From positions 1-64,000 of the forward strand of contig CAYFXC010000001.1 in assembly GCA_964347045.1 (NCBI GenBank): a stretch of DNA of 64,000 nt, given 5' to 3'. Both the position numbers and the translations under genes were made by a program. Positions 40,250 to 49,855 of this stretch are shown here, in pieces. Within the stretch, counting starts at the first letter, position 1. Every line of letters begins with the position of its first letter. Below the pieces are notes generated by a model. The model searched no databases. It worked only from the letters and a program-made list of their open reading frames with translations, and was not told where the DNA came from. The stretch is from an uncultured archaeon. GTDB taxonomy: Archaea > Asgardarchaeota > Hermodarchaeia > Hermodarchaeales > Hermodarchaeaceae.

Positions 40250-40681
40250 TCAAGCATCTTCTTTCTTAGACTTTTGAGTAGATGGTTTTTCAATTAGCAT
40301 TTCCCATTCGTCGCGTAGCGCGTCATATCGCATGTCGTCTACATGAATTTCGGAAAATGTTCCAAGGGCCTGGGCAAGAATTTGGGCTAAAATATGATAA
40401 CAAAAATCGACTGTACGTTTTACAATTACGTTGATATAGAAATCTTCACAGTCACAATATATTTCAGATAAGACACGATAATCCCGCGATTTCCCAATAA
40501 CCACCCATGCCTCTCTGCCACTTGGTTCAAAGATATATTTTTTCACAAAGTCCTTTGCAACGGCTTGAAGGGCCTTCCAAAATCGGTCTCCACAGTGTTG
40601 TGAAAGAGTTTGAAGATCCGAACCAGAGATGGCTTGATGTTTTCTGAGAGAGTTCAGGGCGCTTTCTATTTCGCGTTTCAT
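40250..40681 (-). CDS. SWIM zinc-finger protein (SWS1/ZSWIM7-like)
   Basis: CDCEDF...CYHILA CxC-n-CxH motif. Confidence 0.8.
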   Translation of the reverse strand: MKREIESALNSLRKHQAISGSDLQTLSQHCGDRFWKALQAVAKDFVKKYIFEPSGREAWVVIGKSRDYRVLSEIYCDCEDFYINVIVKRTVDFCYHILAQILAQALGTFSEIHVDDMRYDALRDEWEMLIEKPSTQKSKKEDA

Positions 40682-40744
40682 CGTAACAACAATCTCTTAT
40701 TATAAAGAAAAAAATACCTATCGTTTTAGTAGTAGTGAAGAAGA

Positions 40745-41584
40745 ATGCACTTGGAATTAATACAAAATGAACCTGCCCTCCTTCTTCGTGAGGGATCACG
40801 ACGTGTTTTAGTTGTAGGGGATTTACATATAGGTTACGAACGAATCCTTTTCAAACAGGATTATTATTCAACCAATCTTACTATTCGGATTATCACGGAG
40901 TTTGAAAAACTCGTTGAGAAGTTAGAACCCACTGAAATCATCATCTTGGGTGATTTGAAACACTCTATCCAAGATTTTTCTAAGCCGGAGTTCCATCAAA
41001 TTGCACAACTATTACAACACTTACAGCAACGTGCAAAGGTCACCATTATCCCAGGAAACCATGATGCAGATTTGGAATTAGTTACACCTGACGACACAAA
41101 AATCAGTTCATCAGCAGGTCTTCGCCTTCAGTTCAAATCAAAACAGATATATCTTCTACACGGGCACGCCCACCCATCCTCTGATATTCTCTCTTGTGAC
41201 AGCATGATTATGGGTCACATTCATCCAACCATCTCTATCTCAAAATTTAAACAAAAATCATCTCTACATCGAGTCTGGGTAAAGACAAAGTGGAGGTCTA
41301 CAATTGGCGAGACTACGAAGAGATGGTCAGGTGAAGGACAATTCCAAAACGAAAAAGAAGTGATTCAGAGACTTCTTAATATGAGAATTCTAATTATTCC
41401 AGCGTACCTTAGCTTACTCCGAGGACATGTTCTTAATATTGATTCGTCGAATACTCATCTAGGAACTCCATTATTTCGCCATCTCTCACTAGATGATGCC
41501 GAAATTATAATGCTTGATCACACGCCTTTAGGAACACTTGAAAAATTAAAGGAAAAAAGACACCCCGATAAAGAAACATTTTAA
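40745..41584 (+). CDS. Metallophosphoesterase (Lhr-associated type)
   Basis: GDLHIG, GDLKH, GNHD, HGH, GHIHP. Confidence 0.88.
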   Translation: MHLELIQNEPALLLREGSRRVLVVGDLHIGYERILFKQDYYSTNLTIRIITEFEKLVEKLEPTEIIILGDLKHSIQDFSKPEFHQIAQLLQHLQQRAKVTIIPGNHDADLELVTPDDTKISSSAGLRLQFKSKQIYLLHGHAHPSSDILSCDSMIMGHIHPTISISKFKQKSSLHRVWVKTKWRSTIGETTKRWSGEGQFQNEKEVIQRLLNMRILIIPAYLSLLRGHVLNIDSSNTHLGTPLFRHLSLDDAEIIMLDHTPLGTLEKLKEKRHPDKETF

Positions 41585-41612
41585 GAGCCTATTTACTGTA
41601 TCCTGCACCGTT

Positions 41613-41812
41613 GGGTCGATGGTCTAGATTCTCAGGAAACTAGCTTTCCTGGTCTAGTTTGGTATTGGACAAAGGATAAGTTCCTTCGAACCACCAAAGA
41701 TTCGCGGTTCGGGACCATGCGAACTATAAGTCTCATGGCGGGAATCCGTGAGATCCGGGGTTCAAAACCAGCCTGTATACGCCGGTTGGGGAAACTCCCC
41801 GTCGGCCCACCA
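41613..41812 (+). tRNA. tRNA-Pro(CGG) with four introns (~41630-41659, 41666-41698, 41714-41744, 41767-41795)
   Basis: 200-nt locus collapses to a 77-nt cloverleaf GGGTCGA...TCGGCCC-A-CCA; each insert is flanked by a BHB-like motif. Confidence 0.85.
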
Positions 41813-41910
41813 TTCACTTCCTAATAATTCTTAATGTGGAAAATTCGTCAGTTACCGTAATTTTAGTAAAATTGCGTAAAGCACTTAAAGTATAGTGAGT
41901 TGCCAGTAGT

Positions 41911-42648
41911 ATGCCAGTGGCGGCGCAAGTTAGACAACGTCTTGCTCGACGCATAGCAGGGGAAATCTCATTATCTGAGATCCCCGGTCGTATCATGCGC
42001 AAATGGCGCGAGATGTTTCACATTTCTCAAATCCAATTAGCAGAGGCTTTGAGAGTATCACCTTCTGTAATCAGTGATTATGAAAGTGGACGCCGTCAAT
42101 CGCCTGGCACAAAAACCATCAAACGTTTTGTTGAAACCATAATTACACTAGACGAACAAAATGGCGGCCAGGTGGTAAATGCTTTCCAACGCATGATGGG
42201 TGTAGAGATACCATCCAGTATAATTCTAGATATCAGCGAATTTAGTCATGGGGTTACTATCAAAGAAATCATTGAAAGCTTACGAGCACAAATTATCGTA
42301 GGCGAGGAACTCCTCGATCGCGAGGTTTTAGGGTATCTTATCGTAGATATCTCAGAAGCGTTAGATATTCTATCTAGTACCGGTTTTCTTAAACTATTTG
42401 AAGCAACTGAAGACCGCGTTCTAATTTTAGTTAATGTATCAACGGGACGATCACCACTTGTAGCCATGAAAGGTGAAATTAAACCAAGTCTTTTTGTACT
42501 ACATGGAGTAGAACAAATCGATTATCTTGCAATTGAACTTGCCAAACGAGAACAAGTGCCACTAGCAGTCTCCCGAATCGAATCAGTTGCGGGAATGTTG
42601 CGACGCTTACAAACTCTTCGCAAAAACTCCATCAATGAAAAACAATGA
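41911..42648 (+). CDS. Archaeal XRE-type HTH transcriptional regulator
   Basis: IAGEI.LS..PG..MRKWRE, SPSVISDYESGRR, VSTGRSP. Confidence 0.85.
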   Translation: MPVAAQVRQRLARRIAGEISLSEIPGRIMRKWREMFHISQIQLAEALRVSPSVISDYESGRRQSPGTKTIKRFVETIITLDEQNGGQVVNAFQRMMGVEIPSSIILDISEFSHGVTIKEIIESLRAQIIVGEELLDREVLGYLIVDISEALDILSSTGFLKLFEATEDRVLILVNVSTGRSPLVAMKGEIKPSLFVLHGVEQIDYLAIELAKREQVPLAVSRIESVAGMLRRLQTLRKNSINEKQ

Positions 42649-42659
42649 GACAATTGAAA

Positions 42660-42983
42660 ATGACAAATAAAATTGCTATAATCGGCGACACTGATACTGT
42701 TGTGGGTTTCCGATTAGCTGGTATCCTCAATTCTGAAATACCATCTGATGCCCTAGCAACGCGTCAAGCATTGCTGAACTTTTCAAGCGATTCGAATATT
42801 TCGATTGTTATAATCACGGAACCATTAGCTGAAGAAATCCGTGAAACCATCGAAGAATTATCCGAACGCCCCTACCCAGTTATTGTCGAAATTCCTGATA
42901 AAAGCGGTCGTCTTGAAGGTAAAGAGAGTTCAGTTCGACGGTTAGTGAAACGTGCAATCGGTGTAGAACTCGAAGGGTTTTGA
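42660..42983 (+). CDS. atpF: A/V-type ATP synthase subunit F
   Basis: IAIIGD.DTVVGFRLAGI, P.IVEIP, VKRAIG. Confidence 0.93.
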   Translation: MTNKIAIIGDTDTVVGFRLAGILNSEIPSDALATRQALLNFSSDSNISIVIITEPLAEEIRETIEELSERPYPVIVEIPDKSGRLEGKESSVRRLVKRAIGVELEGF

Positions 42984-43069
42984 AAGATTCTAAATACCAT
43001 AAGAATTTTAACAACAGAATATAGCTGATAGAGAACCGAAAAGTGAATTATCATTTAAGGCGGCTGATT

Positions 43070-44845
43070 ATGACTACCCGAATAGGAAATATTCAACGAA
43101 TAGCAGGACCTCTTATCGAAGCAGATGGGCTCCTCGGAGTTACAATGTTTGAAGTCTGTAGAGTGGGAGGAGAAGAACTGATTGGTGAAGTAAACAGAAT
43201 CGTCGGTGATCGTGCTTTTATTCAAGTCTATGAAGAAACCTCAGGATTAAAACCCGGTGAAAAGGTCGTTGCCACGGGAACTTCACTTGATGTGGAACTT
43301 GGTCCAGGCTTAGTTGGATCCATTTTCGATGGAATTCAACGTCCACTCCCTATTATCAAAGAACAGGTAGGAGACTTCATTACAAGAGGAGTAACCGCAG
43401 AACCGTTACCGCGTGATAAGAAATGGTCATTTAAACCCATGGTAGAGAAGGGAGCTAATGTCTCTCAAGGAGATGTGCTTGGAACCGTTCAGGAAACCAG
43501 TGTATTTCTTCACAAGATACTCGTTCCTCCCGGAATCGAAGGCAAATTGACACACATTGTAGGAGAGGGAGATTATACAATACAAGAGGTCATTGGACAA
43601 GTCCAAACTGCCTCGGGTAAAGAAGACCTAAAGCTTTCCCAACGATGGCCTGTACGAATTGGTCGACCCTATAAGAGAAAAATTGCGACAGAAGTCCCCC
43701 TATACACAGGACAACGAGTTATTGACACGTTCTTCCCAGTCGCAAAAGGAGGCACTGGAGCCATCCCAGGAGGGTTCGGCACTGGAAAAACAGTAACTCT
43801 CCACCAATTGGCTAAATGGGCGGATGCTGAAATTATTGTTTATGTTGGTTGTGGTGAAAGGGGTAATGAGATGACAGAAGTTCTCGAAGACTTCCCCAAA
43901 CTCAAGGATCCCAAAAGTGGAAAATCGTTGATGGAAAGAACGCTACTTGTAGCCAATACTAGCAATATGCCAGTTGCTGCACGAGAAGCATCAATTTACA
44001 CTGGAATCACACTTGCAGAATATTTCCGTGACCAAGGTTATAACGTGGCCTTGATGGCAGACAGTACGTCTCGATGGGCAGAAGCACTCCGAGAGATTTC
44101 AGGACGATTAGAAGAGATGCCAGGTGAAGAAGGATATCCTGCATATTTGGGAAGTCGTCTAGCTGATTTCTATGAAAGAGCAGGACGAGTGCAAACCTTG
44201 GGAACGGATGAGCGAGTTGGTAGTGTTACTGTGACAGGAGCTGTCTCTCCAGCTGGAGGTGACTTTTCAGAGCCAGTCACACAATCAACATTACGGATCA
44301 CAAAGGTGTTTTGGGCACTTGACAAAGACATGGCTTCACGACGATTCTTCCCCGCAATCAATTATCTTCAGAGTTATTCTTTGTATAAAGACGAGTTAGT
44401 TCCGTGGTATTCAAAGAACATGGGAGACGACTGGCCCGAGCTAACTGAAGAATCTCTTTCTATTCTGCAACGCGACAAGGAACTTCGTGAAATTGTGCAA
44501 CTTGTGGGTCCTGATGCGTTACCAGAGCGTGAACGTGCAATATTGGAAGCTGCCAGAATGGTCAAAGAAGATTACCTTATGCAATCCGCACTTCATCCAA
44601 TCGATACATATTGCCCTGAATCGAAAAGTTACTGGATGTTGAAAATCATCATGAACTTCTGGCAAAAAATGCGCCAGGCGATTGATGATGGTATTCCACT
44701 TCGACGAATCATTGCACTTCCGGTTGTTGGGAAGATAGCGCGGATGAAAGTTCAACCTCATGAAGACCAAAATACGATGCAGCAATACTTCAAGGACCTT
44801 GAAAACGAAATTAACAACGAATTTATTTCCATTGAGGCAAATTAG
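43070..44845 (+). CDS. atpA: A/V-type ATP synthase subunit A
   Basis: [30 protein letters not shown]. Confidence 0.96.
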   Translation: MTTRIGNIQRIAGPLIEADGLLGVTMFEVCRVGGEELIGEVNRIVGDRAFIQVYEETSGLKPGEKVVATGTSLDVELGPGLVGSIFDGIQRPLPIIKEQVGDFITRGVTAEPLPRDKKWSFKPMVEKGANVSQGDVLGTVQETSVFLHKILVPPGIEGKLTHIVGEGDYTIQEVIGQVQTASGKEDLKLSQRWPVRIGRPYKRKIATEVPLYTGQRVIDTFFPVAKGGTGAIPGGFGTGKTVTLHQLAKWADAEIIVYVGCGERGNEMTEVLEDFPKLKDPKSGKSLMERTLLVANTSNMPVAAREASIYTGITLAEYFRDQGYNVALMADSTSRWAEALREISGRLEEMPGEEGYPAYLGSRLADFYERAGRVQTLGTDERVGSVTVTGAVSPAGGDFSEPVTQSTLRITKVFWALDKDMASRRFFPAINYLQSYSLYKDELVPWYSKNMGDDWPELTEESLSILQRDKELREIVQLVGPDALPERERAILEAARMVKEDYLMQSALHPIDTYCPESKSYWMLKIIMNFWQKMRQAIDDGIPLRRIIALPVVGKIARMKVQPHEDQNTMQQYFKDLENEINNEFISIEAN

Positions 44846-44914
44846 ATACAATACCATTATCAAATTAAAAGTACTTGCACACAACTCCTCCCACTTAGGG
44901 AAAGGCGTATTTCA

Positions 44915-45907
44915 ATGATAGATGAAACGCGAAAGGCAACACAATGGGGAAAAAGCAAAACGCTTGTAGTGAGCCTACCTCGTCGGTGGATAAAGAAGTA
45001 TGGGATTGAACCTGACTCGCAACTCCACTTACAAGAGGACTCGGAAGGCTCGTTACGCATTACTCCATTGCAAATTGCAGAAACGCCTTTCGAAAGGATT
45101 GCAACAGTCCGTCTTTTAGAACAGGATGAGTTGACACTTACAACTATACTTGAAACCTATTACATAGTAGGGTACGACCAATTAACAATCGAAAGTAGCC
45201 GAAGATTAAACGAATCTGTCCGAAAAATTGTAACAAAAATTGTAAATCAACTTCCGGGTTTTGAAATTTTAGAAAGTACTGATCGCCAAATCGTTATCAA
45301 AGGAGTTAGCGTGATTCGCGGACAAGATATTTTAGAATTTATCAAAATGAGTGGGAGAGCAGCAATTGAAAGTATTAATACACTCATTACAGGATTGCGT
45401 GAAGGTCCTGATGAAACTGAGCGAGTTGCCAATGAACTAATAACAGAGGGGTGGCGTCAACGTGGAAATTACCTCAGATCGCAACGCGAGTTAAGAAAAG
45501 CTATGAGTATTCGTCCACCTGGTTTTACACTTGAAATGGCAGACATCTTCGATACTTCATATTTCATCCTCCAGCTTAGTAGCGTTCATGAAAATGTTCA
45601 GTACATAGCAGAAGCGTTAACTCGACGTCAACCCCCTGAAGATCAGAATAAACTCGCTGTAGCAGCATTAACCAAGGTACATGATAACCTCAAAAAAGCC
45701 ATTTCTGCTTTTCTCCAGCGAAACCAAGAGATGGTTCGCCAAGTCTTGGGTGAAATTCCACTCCTACGCCAATGGAAGCGCCAAACGGAAACAATTGTCG
45801 ATGTTATGCGTGACTCAGTAATCACTCAGATAATATTAGATCGCATGGAAGAAATGCTAGCCTACAATAGTGCTATTGCAAAAGCAGCATTATTACTGAA
45901 AACCTAA
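44915..45907 (+). CDS. Divergent AbrB-PhoU-like regulator
   Basis: RKATQWGKSKTLVVSLPRRW AbrB domain, Y..GYD motif, helical PhoU-like remainder with degenerate acidic motifs. Confidence 0.75.
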   Translation: MIDETRKATQWGKSKTLVVSLPRRWIKKYGIEPDSQLHLQEDSEGSLRITPLQIAETPFERIATVRLLEQDELTLTTILETYYIVGYDQLTIESSRRLNESVRKIVTKIVNQLPGFEILESTDRQIVIKGVSVIRGQDILEFIKMSGRAAIESINTLITGLREGPDETERVANELITEGWRQRGNYLRSQRELRKAMSIRPPGFTLEMADIFDTSYFILQLSSVHENVQYIAEALTRRQPPEDQNKLAVAALTKVHDNLKKAISAFLQRNQEMVRQVLGEIPLLRQWKRQTETIVDVMRDSVITQIILDRMEEMLAYNSAIAKAALLLKT

Positions 45908-46052
45908 TTCCATAAAACAACTCGTTTCAAACGGAATAATTTGGCTAAAACGTTTTCTCGTCTCAAGGTAATGCTTAAAAGTTGCACAAGCCTAGTGACC
46001 GAAGCCCGACACCCTTCAATGTAAGGATGTTCGAACCTGTGAGGCAGTAACA

Positions 46053-47486
46053 ATGACCGAAAGACAAGCTACCACTCTGAAACCTACTTACCAAACAGTC
46101 ACCACTGTTTCGGGACCACTTTTGATCCTTGACAAAGTTTCAGATGTTGCATACAATGAGCTAGTCGAAGTAACGGCGCCTGACGGCTCCCTCCGCCGAG
46201 GAACTGTGTTAGAAGCTATGCGCGGACGCGCAATTGTTCAGGTTTTTGAAGGAACCCGAGGACTCGATACAAAATCTACACGGGTTCGTCTGACCGGAGA
46301 AACAATGAAAACAGCTGTCACGATCGACTTGCTTGGACGCGTTCTCAATGGATCAGGAACCCCCATCGATATGGGACCTCCAATCGTACCCGATGACGAG
46401 TTAGACCTCAATGGCGCTCCAATGAACCCCGATGCACGACAATATCCCCGTGAATTTATTCAAACAGGACTTAGCGTGATTGACGGACTCAATACTCTTG
46501 TCCGAGGTCAAAAACTTCCCATTTTCAGTGGATCAGGACTCCCCCACGACCGAGTTGCGGCACAAATTACTCGCCAGGCAAAAATTCCTGGTAAAGAAGA
46601 ACAGTTCGCGGTTATTCTTTGCGCAATCGGAATCACAGCTGAAACGGCTCAATTCTATATGAAGACATTAGAAGAAACTGGAGCATTAGCTACCAGTGTA
46701 CTTGTGTTGAATCTTGCTGATGACCCACCTATCGAGCGCATCATCACTCCCCGTACGGCTCTCACCATCGCAGAATATCTTGCATTTGAACAGAACATGC
46801 ACGTGCTCGTAATTCTAACGGATATGCTTAATTATGCCAATGCGTTGCGCGAAATCTCTGCCGCGCGAGAAGAGGTGCCTGGTCGTCGCGGATATCCCGG
46901 ATACCTTTACACTGACCTTTCATCTATTTATGAGCGCGCAGGACGAATTATCGGACGAACTGGTACCATCACTCAAATGCCCATTCTTACCATGCCGGGT
47001 GATGACATTACTCATCCTGTCGCAGACCTCACGGGCTATATTACAGAAGGACAACTCATTACGAGCCGATCCTTACACAACAAAGGTATCTACCCACCCG
47101 TTGATCCCGCACCAAGCTTAAGCCGACTTATGAAAGAAGGAATCGGTGAAGGACACACACGAGCAGACCACAATGAGGTCCAAGCCCAGTTATATTATGC
47201 CGCCAGCGAAGGTTCTGACCTCCGAGACCTTGTTGCCGTCGTCGGTGAAGGAGCCCTTTCAGATAGAGATCGAGTTTATCTGGGCTTCATTGAAACTTTT
47301 GAGCAACTCTTTCTCAACCAAGGCGAGTTTGAAGAACGCACCATCGAACAAACCCTAGACCTAGGTTGGGAAATGCTCTCTCGATTCCCCGAACGCGAAC
47401 TCAAACGAATCGACCCCGAAACAATCGATAAAGCCAAAAACCAACAACTATATCGCTATTCCCCACTAGCGAGCGAAGCCAATTAA
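46053..47486 (+). CDS. atpB: A/V-type ATP synthase subunit B
   Basis: [37 protein letters not shown]. Confidence 0.96.
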   Translation: MTERQATTLKPTYQTVTTVSGPLLILDKVSDVAYNELVEVTAPDGSLRRGTVLEAMRGRAIVQVFEGTRGLDTKSTRVRLTGETMKTAVTIDLLGRVLNGSGTPIDMGPPIVPDDELDLNGAPMNPDARQYPREFIQTGLSVIDGLNTLVRGQKLPIFSGSGLPHDRVAAQITRQAKIPGKEEQFAVILCAIGITAETAQFYMKTLEETGALATSVLVLNLADDPPIERIITPRTALTIAEYLAFEQNMHVLVILTDMLNYANALREISAAREEVPGRRGYPGYLYTDLSSIYERAGRIIGRTGTITQMPILTMPGDDITHPVADLTGYITEGQLITSRSLHNKGIYPPVDPAPSLSRLMKEGIGEGHTRADHNEVQAQLYYAASEGSDLRDLVAVVGEGALSDRDRVYLGFIETFEQLFLNQGEFEERTIEQTLDLGWEMLSRFPERELKRIDPETIDKAKNQQLYRYSPLASEAN

Positions 47487-47916
47487 TTCTCTTCGTTCAG
47501 AGCAACTTCACCTAGGGAAATAATTAGCGATAGGATTTAGGCCTGGTACTCAAGGTAAAGGCTCGAAAAACTGCATCTTTTCGGTAGCGAGAATTGATTT
47601 ATGGGTATATTTCTTTCAAACGCTTCTCAGCTATGGATTTTATTTTTCCTTCACATAATCGTTTGTAAGCAATACGCATACAGGATGATTGGCGCTGCAC
47701 ATGTAGATCAAGAATTTTAGCCTGTTCAGTTGAAGGGAAAATTCTACGACGTATGATTTTCTGCATCGCGATTAGATTATTCCAAAATCGTATTGTGATT
47801 TCTAATTGCTTTTAAAGAAAACCCAAAAAACCCAACAGAACCTGCTTGGCTCAAACAACCATGTTTATTACCAAAATGGTTTTAGGTCGATTTGATACCT
47901 CTTCATTTCAGAACTG

Positions 47917-48021
47917 GCGGCTTTGATCTAGTGGTTATGATCCAGGCCTCCCACGCCTGAGACCCGGGTTCGAAAGTTTGACACAACTACTTTGTCACCG
48001 AAAATCCCGGAAGCCGCACCA
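47917..48021 (+). tRNA. tRNA-Gly(CCC) with T-loop intron (59/60: 47975-48004)
   Basis: GCGGCTT...AAGCCGC-A-CCA; BHB with TTCG/CGAA central helix. Confidence 0.92.
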
Positions 48022-48070
48022 TTTTTCGTTTTCCGAATGAATAAAAAGTTTAGAGACTATGGTAAAGTAA

Positions 48071-48155
48071 GGAGAATGGCAGTGACGACCTGACCCTCTA
48101 GACCCGTAGTTTACTATGAGGAATGACAAGGATCTTGAGTGCTGAGCCGTTCTCC
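48071..48155 (+). ncRNA. Box C/D guide sRNA (D guide predicted for Cm34 of tRNA-Leu(CAA))
   Basis: 10-bp terminal stem GGAGAATGGC/GCCGTTCTCC, C box GTGACGA, D' ATGA, C' ATGACAA, D CTGA; upstream TATA-like element, downstream T-run. Confidence 0.8.
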
Positions 48156-48169
48156 ACCCATTTTACATT

Positions 48170-48964
48170 CTAGCTTGTAGTTGTTTTGGCGTACTTTTCG
48201 AAAATTGCCATGTACATGCATTCGTGTCGTGAAATGGTCAGTTTCTCCGGTCTAATCTTTTTCTTTGTAAACTCTACTGGAGCTCCACGAATTATCACGA
48301 GTGGAACTTGTTCATCAGCTTCCCCCAGTAAAAGTTGAGCGGCTGAAGCCAGATTGTCAGCAATTGCTGATCGTGTTATCCGAAGCGGTCTACCAAAGAG
48401 ATCTGGATGCCCTCGAAAATCCTTAATTGGTTCGATTCCAGCAACAGCAACTGCTAATCCAACAGTACCTAATCGGAGTGGTTGAGTTCGACTATCGGCA
48501 ATAATGACACCTAGTTCATGACCAGTTTTAGATTCCAACTCTGTTTTGATTTGCCAAGCGATCTTTGTAGGATTTGAGGGAAGTAGGACTACATGCCCCG
48601 CAGGTGCGTTTGATCGATCAATTCCAGCATTGGCCATTAGAGTATTATCTTTGATTGTGAGAAGAACGTGTGGAATGCCTCCAAGAATCTCATCTGCTTC
48701 ATCAAGAACGAGCTGGGCTAATGATGCCTCGAGATTGTATTGTTCAGATAACTCCTGGGCACGAGATGACACTCGAACACTACTCAATTTCCTAATTCGA
48801 TTTTGAGCAGTTGCTACTACGGTCTCGGCAATTACTAAGATATCATGAGAAGTAAGAGAGATTCCTTGTTGAATAATCGTCGAGGAGAACAGTTCAACCA
48901 AATTATCTCCTGGATTAATTATTGGTGTACGTATTCCAAAGAGTTCCATTTCATTCACACTCAT
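48170..48964 (-). CDS. cofE: CofE-family gamma-glutamyl ligase (F420-0 ligase or FolC2-like)
   Basis: P.I.PGD, NAGID.SN, VIIADS, D.FGR.L..T...AD.LA.AA..L.GE. Confidence 0.82.
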   Translation of the reverse strand: MSVNEMELFGIRTPIINPGDNLVELFSSTIIQQGISLTSHDILVIAETVVATAQNRIRKLSSVRVSSRAQELSEQYNLEASLAQLVLDEADEILGGIPHVLLTIKDNTLMANAGIDRSNAPAGHVVLLPSNPTKIAWQIKTELESKTGHELGVIIADSRTQPLRLGTVGLAVAVAGIEPIKDFRGHPDLFGRPLRITRSAIADNLASAAQLLLGEADEQVPLVIIRGAPVEFTKKKIRPEKLTISRHECMYMAIFEKYAKTTTS

Positions 48965-49787
48965 TGGGCGATTGTAGAGCAGCGACCATCCTTATGCAAT
49001 CTTTAGTGGCACGAATGTCGTGGGTTCGAAGTATATGAACGCCTTCAAGGATAGCAATGGTTGATGCGGCGAGTGTTCCATAAAGACGGTTGTCAGGTGA
49101 ATCATAGCCTAGCACTTGTCCAATGAAATGTTTTCGTGACACACCAAGAAGAAGAGGTTGATTGAGAACACGAAGAGTCTTTAAATTTCTGATAATTTCT
49201 AAATCGCAACCAATGGGTTTTCCAAATCCTAATCCGGGATCAATTACACAGAGCTTATTGGAGATTCCATTAGTTTGAGCAATTTGGAGACTTTTCTTTA
49301 AAGCAGAAATAATATCAGGAAGGGACTTTTGATCACCCGGTTGCGATTCTGATGCCATAATAACACAACTGGCCTTTGCGTCTTTGATTGTGGCACCCAT
49401 AGCTGGATCAAATTTCAACCCTGATACATCGTTGACTATTGTAGCTCCGTTTGATAAGGCGACCTGTGCAACTTGCGCCCGTTGTGTATCAATAGAGACT
49501 GGTATATCCCATTTTTGAGTAATCTGCTTGATAACAATTTGAATTCGATTTATTTCTTTTTCAACAGAAACAGAGGGAGATCTTGGAGCAGTTGAAACAC
49601 CGCCGATATCCAATAGATCAGCACCTTCTTCGATCATTTTCTCTGCTGCTGAAACTGCTCGATGAGGAGATGCATAATAAGAGTGGTGATAGAATGATTG
49701 TGGATCAAGGTTAATAATTCCCATAACCGCAACAGGGCAAATATCCCCAACAGGTAAATTACCAAGTCGTGCATCAAGATGTGCCAT
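48951..49787 (-). CDS. folP: Dihydropteroate synthase
   Basis: MGIINL..SF, DIGG.ST.P, SIDT, NDVSG, DPGLGFGK, GVSRK, RTHD. Confidence 0.92.
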   Translation of the reverse strand: MAHLDARLGNLPVGDICPVAVMGIINLDPQSFYHHSYYASPHRAVSAAEKMIEEGADLLDIGGVSTAPRSPSVSVEKEINRIQIVIKQITQKWDIPVSIDTQRAQVAQVALSNGATIVNDVSGLKFDPAMGATIKDAKASCVIMASESQPGDQKSLPDIISALKKSLQIAQTNGISNKLCVIDPGLGFGKPIGCDLEIIRNLKTLRVLNQPLLLGVSRKHFIGQVLGYDSPDNRLYGTLAASTIAILEGVHILRTHDIRATKDCIRMVAALQSPNECE

Positions 49788-49855
49788 GTGCGTCACCGAA
49801 AGCTTAATGCCACTTGCCCAAATAAGAACTCGACCGTTGGATTGAGGTAACAATC

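Noticed and set aside
47490-47910. ~420-nt intergenic gap after atpB
   Set aside because: No convincing ORF, repeat or RNA structure recognised.
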